Notes: generated from the sequence alone by a model not told the origin. 55,497 bases of DNA from a virus (IMGVR_UViG_3300023174_000207:1-55497), one strand, 5' to 3'; shown: positions 46,063 to 55,497, counted from the first letter of the stretch. Made by a program: numbers and translations.

Positions 46063-46353
46063 ATGGGTATGCAATATGACGTCAAATCAACAGCAATAGC
46101 TGCTGGACAAACTGATGCTGCTGTGTTTGCGGGTGCTGCTCGTATTAAAGGTATGGTTATCGGTGTTCCAACCGCTGGTGGTACTTTGACTTTAAAAAAC
46201 GGGTCTGCGGGCACTACAGTACTTTCAATCGTTATCCCAGCAAATGCGGGTGGAGCATCTAACGTTATTATTCCTGGTGAAGGTATTCGTTGCGATAACG
46301 GTATTTATGCAACAACACCAGCAAATATGACCGTAACGGTGTTTTATGGCTAA
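46063..46353 (+). CDS. Putative virion structural protein
   Basis: IPGEGIRCDNGIYA beta-rich motif. GGAG RBS. Confidence 0.65.
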   Translation: MGMQYDVKSTAIAAGQTDAAVFAGAARIKGMVIGVPTAGGTLTLKNGSAGTTVLSIVIPANAGGASNVIIPGEGIRCDNGIYATTPANMTVTVFYG

Positions 46354-46666
46354 GACCCCTGCCTGGCAACGCAAGGAAGGTAAGAACCCTGAAGGCGGCT
46401 TAAACGCCAAGGGCAGGGCTTCCTATAACGCTGCTAACCCTGGCAAACCAGGTCTGAAAAGACCTCAGCCAGAGGGCGGCCCACGCCGGGATTCGTTCTG
46501 TGCCCGCATGAAGGGTATGAAAAAGAAACTTACTTCAGCTAAAACTGCTAACGACCCCAACAGCCGGATTAACAAGTCCTTACGGGCTTGGAACTGCAAA
46601 GAGGGTGGCTCGGTTCGTGGTGGTGGATGTGAAGTCCGTGGCAAGACCAAAGGGAAAATTATCTAA
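46346..46666 (+). CDS. Small basic protein
   Basis: GGLNAKGRASYN...SFCARMKG...SLRAWNC. Confidence 0.7.
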   Translation: MAKTPAWQRKEGKNPEGGLNAKGRASYNAANPGKPGLKRPQPEGGPRRDSFCARMKGMKKKLTSAKTANDPNSRINKSLRAWNCKEGGSVRGGGCEVRGKTKGKII

Positions 46667-46926
46667 TGGAACTGATGATTAGTGCAGCATTAGGCCTGTG
46701 GTCTTTGGGAATCAGTGTAGTACTGTCTATTATTGGCTATGCAGTGAGAGAAAAATTGGACAAAATTAAAGAATTAGATGAGAAGTTAAATGCAACCAGA
46801 GTGGAGGTAGCTCGTGATAACGTTACTCAAGCAGAAATTGACAAAATTATGGTCCATATTGACCAACGCTTTAACAAGCTTGAAGCAAAAATTGACCAAC
46901 TTATTCAGAAAGGATTAGCAGCATGA
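46666..46926 (+). CDS. Membrane-anchored coiled-coil protein (possible holin/antiholin)
   Basis: N-terminal TM helix plus heptad repeats. Confidence 0.55.
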   Translation: MELMISAALGLWSLGISVVLSIIGYAVREKLDKIKELDEKLNATRVEVARDNVTQAEIDKIMVHIDQRFNKLEAKIDQLIQKGLAA

Positions 46927-47120
46927 AACATTCAGATATTAAAAAAGATATGCCCATGATGAAAAAGGTTGCTGCGGCAGCCGTTAAGGGTCATGAGAAG
47001 CGTATGCACAAAATGGCAGGTGGTGGTTTAGCTGCTGGGCATAAGTCTGCTGATGGCTGCATAACTAAAGGGCACACCAAAGGTAAAATGATTAAGATGG
47101 CAGGTGGCGGGAGCTGCTAA
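46923..47120 (+). CDS. Small basic protein
   Basis: KMAGGG x2 and ADGCITKGHTKG. Confidence 0.65.
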   Translation: MKHSDIKKDMPMMKKVAAAAVKGHEKRMHKMAGGGLAAGHKSADGCITKGHTKGKMIKMAGGGSC

Positions 47121-47122
47121 CC

Positions 47123-47650
47123 ATGCGCCAGTATAGACAACCTACTGAAAAAGAAGCAAAAAAGCTTGAGGAAGCTCGCAAGAAAACAGTAGAAGGCATT
47201 GAAGGGGAGAAAGATCTCCTTTCCAAAATTTCTACGACTATGGCTAAATCAGCTCGTGATGACATAAGAGCTGGTAAAGCATTACGTGAGTCTGTTCCTG
47301 CGGCTGCCCGTGAAGGTGAAGCTTATAACCAGGCTGGGTTTAGAAAAGGCGGGAATGTTAAAGCCATGAACACAGGTGGTCTTGGTCGAGTTAACCCAAC
47401 ACCAAAAGTTCCAGCAACACCTGCTAAACAGAACCCAAACACAACGGATAAAGTAAGCAAAAAACCTGCCGATCCTGGGTTTAAAGAAGTATTAGACCGA
47501 GTTCGTGGTAGAACAAGTCAAGACATGCCTGATAACTATAGGGCTGGCGGTACAGCATCTAAACGTGCTGATGGCATAGCCCAACGAGGTAAAACTCGTG
47601 GCACTATGGTTATGTGTGGCGGCGGTTATATGAAAGGCAAGAAAAAATGA
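47123..47650 (+). CDS. Basic low-complexity protein
   Basis: Several xxGG motifs and ADGIAQRGKTRG. Confidence 0.65.
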   Translation: MRQYRQPTEKEAKKLEEARKKTVEGIEGEKDLLSKISTTMAKSARDDIRAGKALRESVPAAAREGEAYNQAGFRKGGNVKAMNTGGLGRVNPTPKVPATPAKQNPNTTDKVSKKPADPGFKEVLDRVRGRTSQDMPDNYRAGGTASKRADGIAQRGKTRGTMVMCGGGYMKGKKK

Positions 47651-47931
47651 GACCTAGCCGTGGTATGGGGGATATAAACCCATCCAAAATGCCTAAGAAA
47701 AAAATTATTACCCGTAAGGATAACCCCGATAAAGTTAATTATTATGCAGAAGGTGGCAAGGTATCGAAGGTTAATAAAGCTGGTAACTATACGAAGCCTG
47801 GTATGCGCAAAGCTTTATTTGAAAGTATTAAAGCATCGGCTACCCACGGTACGGCAGCTGGTCAATGGTCTGCTCGCAAGGCGCAGCTCCTAGCAAAACG
47901 TTACAAAGAGAAAGGTGGAGGGTACAAATAA
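47647..47931 (+). CDS. Small basic protein (DUF5872-like)
   Basis: NYTKPGMRK...GQWSARKAQLLAKRYKEKGGGYK. Confidence 0.65.
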   Translation: MRPSRGMGDINPSKMPKKKIITRKDNPDKVNYYAEGGKVSKVNKAGNYTKPGMRKALFESIKASATHGTAAGQWSARKAQLLAKRYKEKGGGYK

Positions 47932-48197
47932 TGGCTAAATCATTTCCTGATTTAAATAAAGATGGTGAAGTAACCAAGGCCGACATTCTCAAAGGGCGTG
48001 GTGTTGAGATGAAAAAAGGCGGCAAGGTTAACTGGATTCAATCCGCTATTAAGAAGCCTGGTGCGTTAAGAGCGTCTATGGGTGTTAAGAAAGGCGAGAA
48101 GATCCCAGCCAAGAAGCTTGCAGCGGCTGCTAAAAAGCCTGGCAAAATGGGTCAACGTGCGAGGTTAGCGCAGACTTTGTCTAAGCTAAAGAAGTAA
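47931..48197 (+). CDS. Small basic protein
   Basis: DLNKDGEVTKADIL (EF-hand-like loop) and WIQSAIKKPGALR. Confidence 0.65.
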   Translation: MAKSFPDLNKDGEVTKADILKGRGVEMKKGGKVNWIQSAIKKPGALRASMGVKKGEKIPAKKLAAAAKKPGKMGQRARLAQTLSKLKK

Positions 48198-48233
48198 TGC
48201 CATTCATCTGGGACTGGATCTGGGAGAAATTAA

Positions 48234-48482
48234 GTGGCGTTAGCAAAAAGTCAACGCAGCCTGAAAGCGTGGGGGGACCAGCAATGGACAACCAAGTCAG
48301 GCAAGAAGTCGTCCGAGACGGGCGAAAGATACCTGCCAAAAAAAGCAATCGAAGCCCTAAGCCCGCAGGAGTACGCAGCAACAACACGAGCAAAAAGAGC
48401 GGGCAAAGCAGCAGGAAAACAGTTCGTACCCCAACCAGCAAAAATAAAGCAAAAAGTAAAGCCGTACCGAAAGGTTAAATAA
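48234..48482 (+). CDS. Small basic protein
   Basis: GTG start after GGAG. QRSLKAW...WTTKSG...ERYLPKKA. Confidence 0.6.
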   Translation: MALAKSQRSLKAWGDQQWTTKSGKKSSETGERYLPKKAIEALSPQEYAATTRAKRAGKAAGKQFVPQPAKIKQKVKPYRKVK

Positions 48483-49417
48483 TGACCACTACAGGAATAA
48501 GCACTTTCAACCTAGACATGAATGACCTCGTGGAAGAGGCGTTTGAGCGTTGTGGTTTGGAGTTGCGTTCTGGTTATGATTTCCGTACTGCACGGAGATC
48601 TTTAAACCTACTTACTATTGAGTGGGCTAACCGAGGTATTAACCTATGGACGGTTGAACAGGGTCAGTTTATTATGAATACAAATCAGGCAATTTATCCG
48701 TTGCCTGTAGATACTATTGACCTTTTGGATTCAGTAATTCGTACTAATAATGGTGCTGGTAACAACCAAATTGACATTAATATCAATCGTATTAGCGAGT
48801 CTGACTACATTACGATTCCTAATAAAAATGCCAATGGGCGACCAATTCAGGTATTTATAAATCGTCAATCAGGTGGTGTTTCTGCTACCCCACAAACTAC
48901 ACTTGCAGAGGCTATTACCTCTGCGGACCAAACAACTATTACCTTAACAAGTGTGGCTAATTTGCCAACTCAGGGTTTTATTAACATTGGCTCCGAGACT
49001 ATTGGTTACCAAAACATCGTGGGTAATCAGATTGTTAATGCTTGGCGTGGTCAAAACGGCACAACTGCAGCAACCCATACAAATGGCACAGATGTATTTA
49101 ATAATCAGTTACCTTGTGTAAACGTTTGGCCTTGTCCAAACCCACCTGGAACTCAATACACATATGTGTATTACCGTATGCGCCGTATCCAAGACGCAGG
49201 CGGGGGCGTGCGTACGCAAGATATCCCGTTTCGTTTTATTCCCTGCATGGCTGCTGGGCTGGCTTATCATCTTAGTGTCAAAATGCCTGGTGTTGACCCT
49301 GGACGTATCCCACTACTTAAAGCCGACTACGAACAACAATGGGATCTAGCTTCTACAGAAGATCGGGAAAAAGCCGCAATTCGTTTTGTACCACGCAATA
49401 TGTTTTATTACCGTTGA
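48482..49417 (+). CDS. Head-tail adaptor/tail tubular-like protein with inserted beta domain
   Basis: EEAFERCG...ARRSLNLL...WANRG, IPNK..GRP, VWPCP and LAYHL. Confidence 0.6.
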   Translation: MTTTGISTFNLDMNDLVEEAFERCGLELRSGYDFRTARRSLNLLTIEWANRGINLWTVEQGQFIMNTNQAIYPLPVDTIDLLDSVIRTNNGAGNNQIDININRISESDYITIPNKNANGRPIQVFINRQSGGVSATPQTTLAEAITSADQTTITLTSVANLPTQGFINIGSETIGYQNIVGNQIVNAWRGQNGTTAATHTNGTDVFNNQLPCVNVWPCPNPPGTQYTYVYYRMRRIQDAGGGVRTQDIPFRFIPCMAAGLAYHLSVKMPGVDPGRIPLLKADYEQQWDLASTEDREKAAIRFVPRNMFYYR

Positions 49418-49423
49418 CATGCT

Positions 49424-49849
49424 ATGCCAAATAAGTTTGCTTCTGGAAAATATGCAATTGCTGAATGTGACCGGTGTGCACAGCGGTACAAACTAAAAGA
49501 GTTGCGGATACAGACATTAAAAACTAAACCATACAAGGTCAAAGTATGTAAGACATGTTGGGATCCGGATCATCCACAATTGCAGTTAGGTATGTATCCA
49601 GTAAACGACCCACAGGCTGTACGGGAACCAAGACCTGATGTAAGCTATGAAGTATCTGGTCAAAGTGGTTTACAAATTAATACAACTGGAGTAGGACCTG
49701 ATGGGTTTGGTAGTCCAGAAGCAGGTAGCAGGATATTTCAGTGGGGTTGGGCTCCAGTAGGTGGAGCAAGACTTAATGATGACGGGCTAACACCAAACAA
49801 TTTGTTGTTAGGTGTGCAAATAGGAACAGTAACGGTAGCAATAACTTAG
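49424..49849 (+). CDS. Zinc-binding hypothetical protein
   Basis: CDRC...CKTCWD..HPQ. Confidence 0.7.
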   Translation: MPNKFASGKYAIAECDRCAQRYKLKELRIQTLKTKPYKVKVCKTCWDPDHPQLQLGMYPVNDPQAVREPRPDVSYEVSGQSGLQINTTGVGPDGFGSPEAGSRIFQWGWAPVGGARLNDDGLTPNNLLLGVQIGTVTVAIT

Positions 49850-49858
49850 GAGTGAAAA

Positions 49859-50041
49859 ATGGGATTCAAAAAAGGCGCAGACGGTATAACCAAACAGGGT
49901 AAAACAAATCCAAAGATTTACCCTAATGATGGCCCACATATTGTGGATAAAGGCCCAAAGCCAAATAAAAGTTCTCTAAATAAGAACATGAAAGCTATGG
50001 GGCGTAATATGGCTCGTATTGCTAACCAGAGAGGTCGATAA
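49859..50041 (+). CDS. Small basic protein
   Basis: AGGAG RBS and ADGITKQGKT. Confidence 0.6.
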   Translation: MGFKKGADGITKQGKTNPKIYPNDGPHIVDKGPKPNKSSLNKNMKAMGRNMARIANQRGR

Positions 50042-50307
50042 TGGCTAAATTTTCTAAAAAGGTAATGGGCAAAGAAGTCGGCTCTGCCGAAGTTTATGCT
50101 GCACCGCACACAATGGCTGCTGGCGCTACCAACGTTAATACTTATAGTGGGTATACACCTGGCGCCAAAGTAATGGACAAAATGAATATGTCTGTTGGTG
50201 GGGTAAGCAAAGGCAACTATACTCCTGAGAACCCATATGGTGTAGGCGTTATGCGTGGCTACGGCGCTGCTACCAAAGGACGTAAGATTAGCGGGAAGAT
50301 GGGTTAA
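50041..50307 (+). CDS. Small basic protein
   Basis: TAATG coupling and MRGYGAATKG. Confidence 0.6.
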   Translation: MAKFSKKVMGKEVGSAEVYAAPHTMAAGATNVNTYSGYTPGAKVMDKMNMSVGGVSKGNYTPENPYGVGVMRGYGAATKGRKISGKMG

Positions 50308-51251
50308 TGAATTACTACCAGCTTGTAACTGCGATTCAGGATTACTCGGAAAATAATTTTCCTGTAACCTACCTTGCCAATGGTGTTGAGATTTCCTCAG
50401 CACAGCAAATCAATCGGTTCATTGAGCAGGCTGAACTTCGCATTTACAACACGGTACAGATCCCAGCTTTACGCAAAAACGTTACTGGAACATCTACCCC
50501 AAACTCCGCATATCTAGCTTGCCCAGACGACTATTTGTCGTCTTTTTCCTTAGCGGTAATTGATCCTACTACTGGGGAGTACGAGTACCTACTTAACAAA
50601 GATGTTAACTACATCCGTCAGGCATATCCTAGTCCAACAGATACGGGTAAACCCCGACATTACGCTCTGTTTGGGCCACGCTTTAACGCAACCAATGAGC
50701 TAAGTTTTATCCTTGGGCCAACACCCAATACTAACTATGCCATGGAGTTGCACTATTACTACTACCCAGTATCTATTATCCAGAACCAAATTGGTTCTTT
50801 AGGAGCTATTACTAATCCAGGGGCTGGGTACACCAATGGGGTTTATACCAACTTACCTGCTACTGGTGGGTCTGGTGAAGGGGCGCTACTAAACGTCACA
50901 GTGGCAAATAACATCGTAACTGCTGCTACTTTGTCTTATGGCGGATCTGGTTATACGGCTGGTGACAGTTTGACTGCTACGATAGGCAGTATAGGCTCAG
51001 GATTTGCAGTAACAATATCTTCTGTAAATAACCCAACAGGAACCTCTTGGTTAGGTGATAATTTTGATACCGTCTTGCTTTACGGCACCCTTGTTGAGGC
51101 TTATACTTACATGAAAGGTGAAGCTGATATGTTGGCGCTGTATAACACCAAGTATGGTGAGGCATTACAGCAGTTGAATAGATTAGGAACCGGCTTAGAG
51201 CGTGGCGATGCTTATCGTGACGGTCAAGCAAAGATTAAGGTGAACCCATAA
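50307..51251 (+). CDS. Head-tail adaptor-like protein with inserted GSGY-repeat domain
   Basis: FIEQAELRIY, GPTP...ELHYYYYP and WLGDNFDTVLLYGTLVEA. Confidence 0.6.
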   Translation: MNYYQLVTAIQDYSENNFPVTYLANGVEISSAQQINRFIEQAELRIYNTVQIPALRKNVTGTSTPNSAYLACPDDYLSSFSLAVIDPTTGEYEYLLNKDVNYIRQAYPSPTDTGKPRHYALFGPRFNATNELSFILGPTPNTNYAMELHYYYYPVSIIQNQIGSLGAITNPGAGYTNGVYTNLPATGGSGEGALLNVTVANNIVTAATLSYGGSGYTAGDSLTATIGSIGSGFAVTISSVNNPTGTSWLGDNFDTVLLYGTLVEAYTYMKGEADMLALYNTKYGEALQQLNRLGTGLERGDAYRDGQAKIKVNP

Positions 51252-51694
51252 TGGCTTTTACAGGAAACTACGCATGTAATGTGTTTAAAACGGGTCTGGC
51301 TAACGGAACCTATAACTTTTCAAGCACTACATCTCAAGTATTTAAGATTGCTCTGTATACAAACAGTGCAACATTGAACGCATCCACAACGGCGTATACC
51401 ACTACTGGCGAAACTTCTGGTGCTGGTTACACTGCTGGTGGCAACACGCTAGTAATTAATGTTAACCCAACAACTGGGCCATCTGGCAATATTGCGTATT
51501 TTTCATTTGCTGACTCTGTATGGAGCAGCTCAACAATTACCGCTCGTGGCGCTTTGATTTATTTAGCCAACGGCGGAACTAATCCCGCTGTTTGTGTTTT
51601 GGACTTTGGTTCAGATAAAAGCACAACTGGCGGTACTTTCACGGTACAGTTCCCGTCTGCTACCAATACTTCTGCAATTATCCGAATTTCTTAA
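51251..51694 (+). CDS. Tail-associated structural protein
   Basis: FKIALYT...GYTAGG...ARGALIY...LDFG. Confidence 0.65.
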   Translation: MAFTGNYACNVFKTGLANGTYNFSSTTSQVFKIALYTNSATLNASTTAYTTTGETSGAGYTAGGNTLVINVNPTTGPSGNIAYFSFADSVWSSSTITARGALIYLANGGTNPAVCVLDFGSDKSTTGGTFTVQFPSATNTSAIIRIS

Positions 51695-51703
51695 GGAGCT
51701 AAT

Positions 51704-52261
51704 ATGTTTTCTGAAAATACTAAACCAATCGATGCGGCGTCTGCCTCATTGGTTGCAAACACAGGGGCGCAAGAAGGCGTTCAAACTCACGGTTTTTATA
51801 CCGTTGAGTGCTTAGATGCTAACGGTAACGTTAAGTGGTCTGAGACCATCAAAAACCTAGTTGTCACTGAAGGTAAAAACTACATGCTGACACAGACCTT
51901 TTCAGGCTCTGGCTATACAGCAGCTTGGTACTTAGGTCTTGTTGATGGCGCATCTAGCCCAACATACGCTGCTGGCAATACAATGGCTAGCCATGGTGGT
52001 TGGACTGAGTTTACTAGCTACAGCAACGCAACACGTCCTGCGCCTACATTTAACGCAGCATCGGCTGGTGCACGTAATACAACCCCAACATCGTTTAACA
52101 TCAACGGATCTGGCACTGTAGCTGGTGCATTCTTGACGACCGACAATACTGTTGGTGGTACGACCGGTACATTGTTCTCTGCTGGTAACTTTACTGGTGG
52201 TAGCCGTACGGTTGCTTCTGGCGATACATTAAACGTAACCTACACAATTACATTGACCTAA
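51704..52261 (+). CDS. Tail-associated structural protein
   Basis: NLVVTEG...WYLGL...GDTLNVTY. Confidence 0.65.
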   Translation: MFSENTKPIDAASASLVANTGAQEGVQTHGFYTVECLDANGNVKWSETIKNLVVTEGKNYMLTQTFSGSGYTAAWYLGLVDGASSPTYAAGNTMASHGGWTEFTSYSNATRPAPTFNAASAGARNTTPTSFNINGSGTVAGAFLTTDNTVGGTTGTLFSAGNFTGGSRTVASGDTLNVTYTITLT

Positions 52262-52273
52262 TAGGGGCACAGT

Positions 52274-53758
52274 ATGGCCTTAGTGTTAAAGGACAGAGTC
52301 CAGGAAACAACTACTAGTCCCGGTACTGGTGATGCGACCCTTAATGGGGCGGTTACTGGCTATCAGACTTTTAGTTCGGCGATTGGTAACGGAAATACTT
52401 GTTACTACGCTATTACAGATCAAGGCGGCCCTAACTGGGAAGTCGGTCTTGGCACATATGTGTCTTCTGGAAATGTCCTGCAACGAACTACAGTGCTTTC
52501 TTCAAGCGCTGGCGGTACAACTAAAGCTAACTTTAGTACAGGCACACAGGCTATATTTGTTACTTACCCTGCAGAGAAGTCGGTTAATTTAGACGGAACT
52601 GGAAATGTAAGTCCATTAGGAACAGTTAACTCTGGTACGTGGGCAGCTACAACGATTGCAGTCGCTTATGGTGGAACGGGAACAACCACCTCTACAGGCT
52701 CTGGCAATGTCGTATTAAGTAACTCCCCAGCGCTAACAACGCCAAATCTTGGTACGCCTTCGGCGATTACGTTAACCAATGCTACTGGACTTCCTTTAGG
52801 CACTGGTGTCAGTGGCACATTACCAACCGCTAATGGCGGTACAGGGCTTTCATCGTTTACTACTAATGGGGCTTTATATGCTACTAGTACATCCGCTCTT
52901 ACTACTGGGACTTTGCCTGTTGCCTCTGGTGGTACTGGCACTACTACATCTACCGGTTCCGGATCGGTTGTTTTAAGCAACACCCCAACGCTTACAACAC
53001 CTAATATTGGCGCTGCTACTGGTACATCGCTTGTAGCGTCAAATGGCGTAGTAACCACTGGCGCATATGGTGCAGCTCTTACAACTGGTGTGGCAATTGA
53101 CTATAGCTCCGGTCTTGCTCGTATCAGCGTAAATAATGGTGACGACATTGTATTTTATGCAGGTGGCCCAGGTAATACCCCCGTATTCAGAATCAACGAT
53201 ACTGGTGCAATTGGTGTTGGTTCTGGCACTTTAAGTTTTGGTACTTTAGGTCAAGCGCTCGTATCAAATGGCCCAAGCTCTGCCCCGTCTTGGACTTCGT
53301 TACCATCCGCAACTTATACTCGCACTTCGTTTACTGCAACATCGGGTCAGACAACATTTAGCGCTGTATATGTTCCAGGCTATGTAGAAGTATTCTTAAA
53401 CGGTGTTTTGCTAAATGATGCCGATTACACCGCATCAAATGGAACAACGGTTGTATTAGCAGTTGGTGCAGTGGCTGGTGACATTGTAGAACTCGTAGCT
53501 TACAACGCCACATTAATTACTACTGCAACAACCGCAGCAAATCTTGCTGGTGGTATTGCTAGCCAGATCCCATATCAAGTTGGCCCAAACTCTACGGCGT
53601 TTATTCCTAACGGAACAGCAGGCCAAGTTTTAACAAGCAATGGAACCTCCGCACCAAGTTGGCAGGCCGTGGCTTCTGGCGCACAAGCATTTGTAACTAT
53701 GTTTACCGGAGGCAATACCGCCCCAGCACAAAACAGTGATGGCTTTGGATTAATTTAA
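52274..53758 (+). CDS. Tail fiber protein
   Basis: LKDRVQETTT N-terminus. Repeated LPVA.GGTG and GSGxVVLSNxP fiber repeats. Confidence 0.75.
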   Translation: MALVLKDRVQETTTSPGTGDATLNGAVTGYQTFSSAIGNGNTCYYAITDQGGPNWEVGLGTYVSSGNVLQRTTVLSSSAGGTTKANFSTGTQAIFVTYPAEKSVNLDGTGNVSPLGTVNSGTWAATTIAVAYGGTGTTTSTGSGNVVLSNSPALTTPNLGTPSAITLTNATGLPLGTGVSGTLPTANGGTGLSSFTTNGALYATSTSALTTGTLPVASGGTGTTTSTGSGSVVLSNTPTLTTPNIGAATGTSLVASNGVVTTGAYGAALTTGVAIDYSSGLARISVNNGDDIVFYAGGPGNTPVFRINDTGAIGVGSGTLSFGTLGQALVSNGPSSAPSWTSLPSATYTRTSFTATSGQTTFSAVYVPGYVEVFLNGVLLNDADYTASNGTTVVLAVGAVAGDIVELVAYNATLITTATTAANLAGGIASQIPYQVGPNSTAFIPNGTAGQVLTSNGTSAPSWQAVASGAQAFVTMFTGGNTAPAQNSDGFGLI

Positions 53759-53768
53759 GGAGCAATAA

Positions 53769-54170
53769 ATGGCAACATCCGCACAATATGCAGCAACCCC
53801 TAAGATAGGTTCGGCACTTTTAACGACTGCTGATACTTCATTAACTGCACCGTCCACAGTTGGAACAGTGTTTACCGCTGGGTCAAGCGGCTCACGGATT
53901 GACTACATTGATATTCAAGGTGTAGCCACCACTGTAGCGGGTTTAGTTAACTTGTTTATATTTGACGGCACTAATTATTTCTTGTATGTGCAAGTTCCTG
54001 TAATTGCAATTACATCGTCTACAACAGCAGTGGCATTTAATGCTACTCTTTCTAGTAATGGCAACGCAAACATTTTGCCTATTAATTTACCAACTGGATA
54101 TTCTTTAAGAGCTACAACTTCTGTAGCTCAGACGGGTATTCGAGTAACTGCACAAGGCGGAGACTACTAA
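53769..54170 (+). CDS. Tail-associated protein
   Basis: AAGGAG RBS, beta-rich, ends LPTGYSLRA...GGDY. Confidence 0.65.
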   Translation: MATSAQYAATPKIGSALLTTADTSLTAPSTVGTVFTAGSSGSRIDYIDIQGVATTVAGLVNLFIFDGTNYFLYVQVPVIAITSSTTAVAFNATLSSNGNANILPINLPTGYSLRATTSVAQTGIRVTAQGGDY

Positions 54171-54171
54171 G

Positions 54172-55428
54172 ATGAATAAAGGAATGTATGGCATTGGATT
54201 GCCGCCCAATTACGCAACTCGTGTTGCTCCTCCAGCATGGACTAATGCTAGGCCTTATTTAAGAGCTGGCACATATAACGACTTTGTTGTTCCGCAAAAT
54301 GTCTATCAAATAATGGTTTGTGTTTGGGGTGGCGGTGGATCAGGCGCAGCTGGAAGTAATTATACTGGCGTTTATCCTAGAGGTGGAGATGGCGGTGGTT
54401 ATGCTCAGGGTATTATTGATGTTATACCTGGACAAATTTTACCAACCATTACAGTAGGCGCTGGCGGCGCTGCAACTACCTCTAGTAATGCAAACGGCAC
54501 TGCAGGTGGAACTTCCTCTTTTGGTTCTCTATTAACTGCTACGGGTGGTAATGGAGGCATACGAGACTCAGTAGCCGCTGGTGCAGGTGGAACTGGAACG
54601 GCGTCCTCAACTTTACGACAAACATTTACTGCCACTGGTGGTCTTGGCGGATATGTGTTATCAACTTTTAGCCAAAACAATGGCACTGGCGGTGGTGGCG
54701 CTGGATCTATTTATGGTAATGGCGGTAACGGCGGTATGGCGGGTCAAGTAGATCAACAACAACAAGGAACCGGAGGCGGCGGTTTTGGGGGGTCTGGTGG
54801 ATTTAGTCGTTCTGTTGCCGCTCAAGGTACAGGCGGTGGCGGTTTACAAGATGGTGGATTTGATTCTAGCGGAACTTATGGCGGCGGTGGGGGCGGTTCT
54901 GCTAGTGCTGGATCTGGTGCTACTGGCGGTGGCCCAAGCGGTGGTTCAGCAAATAATTTTTTGCAAGTTGGTAACACAGCTAACTTAATTGCTGTGGGAG
55001 GATCTTCTGCTCCTGGCTTAAGTGGTGGCAACCCCTATTTACTATACTGGGCGTTATGCGGCGGTGGCGGTGGCGGTGGCGCTGGCAGTATCACTTATAA
55101 CACCCGTTCATTTGGATTATCGGGCGCTAACGGTGGCGGTGGTGGTGGCGCTTTGATGTCAGGCGTTATTCTTACTTGCGGTGGTAGTGGCGGTTTTGGC
55201 GGTGGCGGCGGTGGTGCATGGGGTGGCGGTAGCACTTTTGGCGGTTCCGGCGGTTTTGGCGGTGGTGGTGGTGGTGTATACAACAACAGTAGTAGTCAAA
55301 CTAGCTTTGGAGGAAACGGCGGAAACGGCGGTGGTGGCGGTGCAGTTTCCCATTCTAATGCTTTTAGCAGTAGAAGCGGTAGAGGTGGTGATGGCGCAGT
55401 AATTTTGTACTGGACAGAAGGGTATTAA
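54172..55428 (+). CDS. Glycine-rich tail fiber/receptor-binding protein
   Basis: VWGGGGSG, many GGxGG repeats and a C-terminal GGDGAVILYW. Confidence 0.75.
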   Translation: MNKGMYGIGLPPNYATRVAPPAWTNARPYLRAGTYNDFVVPQNVYQIMVCVWGGGGSGAAGSNYTGVYPRGGDGGGYAQGIIDVIPGQILPTITVGAGGAATTSSNANGTAGGTSSFGSLLTATGGNGGIRDSVAAGAGGTGTASSTLRQTFTATGGLGGYVLSTFSQNNGTGGGGAGSIYGNGGNGGMAGQVDQQQQGTGGGGFGGSGGFSRSVAAQGTGGGGLQDGGFDSSGTYGGGGGGSASAGSGATGGGPSGGSANNFLQVGNTANLIAVGGSSAPGLSGGNPYLLYWALCGGGGGGGAGSITYNTRSFGLSGANGGGGGGALMSGVILTCGGSGGFGGGGGGAWGGGSTFGGSGGFGGGGGGVYNNSSSQTSFGGNGGNGGGGGAVSHSNAFSSRSGRGGDGAVILYWTEGY

Positions 55429-55429
55429 T

Positions 55430-55497
55430 ATGAAATACGCATGGATTCAAGACGAAAAAATTCGTGATATTTGCCAAGGTGAAGATCCTGAAAAACA
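55430..55497 (+). CDS. Tail fiber assembly-type protein, 3'-truncated
   Basis: ATG at 55430 (MKYAWIQDEKIRDICQGEDPE...). Open to the window end. Confidence 0.4.
   Translation, partial: MKYAWIQDEKIRDICQGEDPEK

Noticed and set aside
1969-55402. Many antisense or alternate-frame ORFs nested in long genes
   Set aside because: Shadow ORFs of well-supported genes, with no motifs or RBS.
54172-55428. GGT/GGC repeats as a DNA repeat or diversity-generating element
   Set aside because: Explained by glycine codons. No reverse transcriptase or template/variable repeat pair seen.
1-55497. Prophage/integrative element, tRNA genes or alternative genetic code
   Set aside because: No integrase, att-tRNA or host genes seen. 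Standard-code ORFs tile the window densely.

Overview
Most of the genome of a lytic, podovirus-type tailed phage. No integrase, tRNA, CRISPR array, DNA methyltransferase or recognisable lysin was seen. The layout has four parts: (i) 1-14155 (+), tail and ejection genes ending in a 2937-aa polyvalent protein (GHKL ATPase, two HExxH metallopeptidase motifs, ADP-ribosyltransferase-like domain, PLxRFG-type C-terminus); (ii) 14237-25365 (-), replication (primase-helicase, SNF2 helicase, HNH, Cas4-like exonuclease, family A DNA polymerase, VRR-NUC); (iii) 25636-36226 (-), early genes including a MoxR AAA+/metallopeptidase-vWA module; (iv) 37008-55497 (+), packaging, head and tail genes. The most unusual signal is in the early region. 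Ten copies of a 29-bp palindrome (GGACAAAGTGTCA-N3-TGACACTTTGTCC) lie at gene boundaries across 25457-35193. Over about the same span, the 4-bp palindromes GATC, AGCT, CCGG, GGCC, GCGC, CGCG, GTAC and ACGT are missing by manual reading. The next ~1.3 kb is rich in AGCT, CCGG and GATC, and each of the two zones holds one copy of a paralogous early gene. Also found: a candidate iteron origin, a double-pseudoknot RNA downstream of the capsid gene, and a short GG peptide motif shared by many putative internal virion proteins. All motif counts were made by eye and need computational confirmation.
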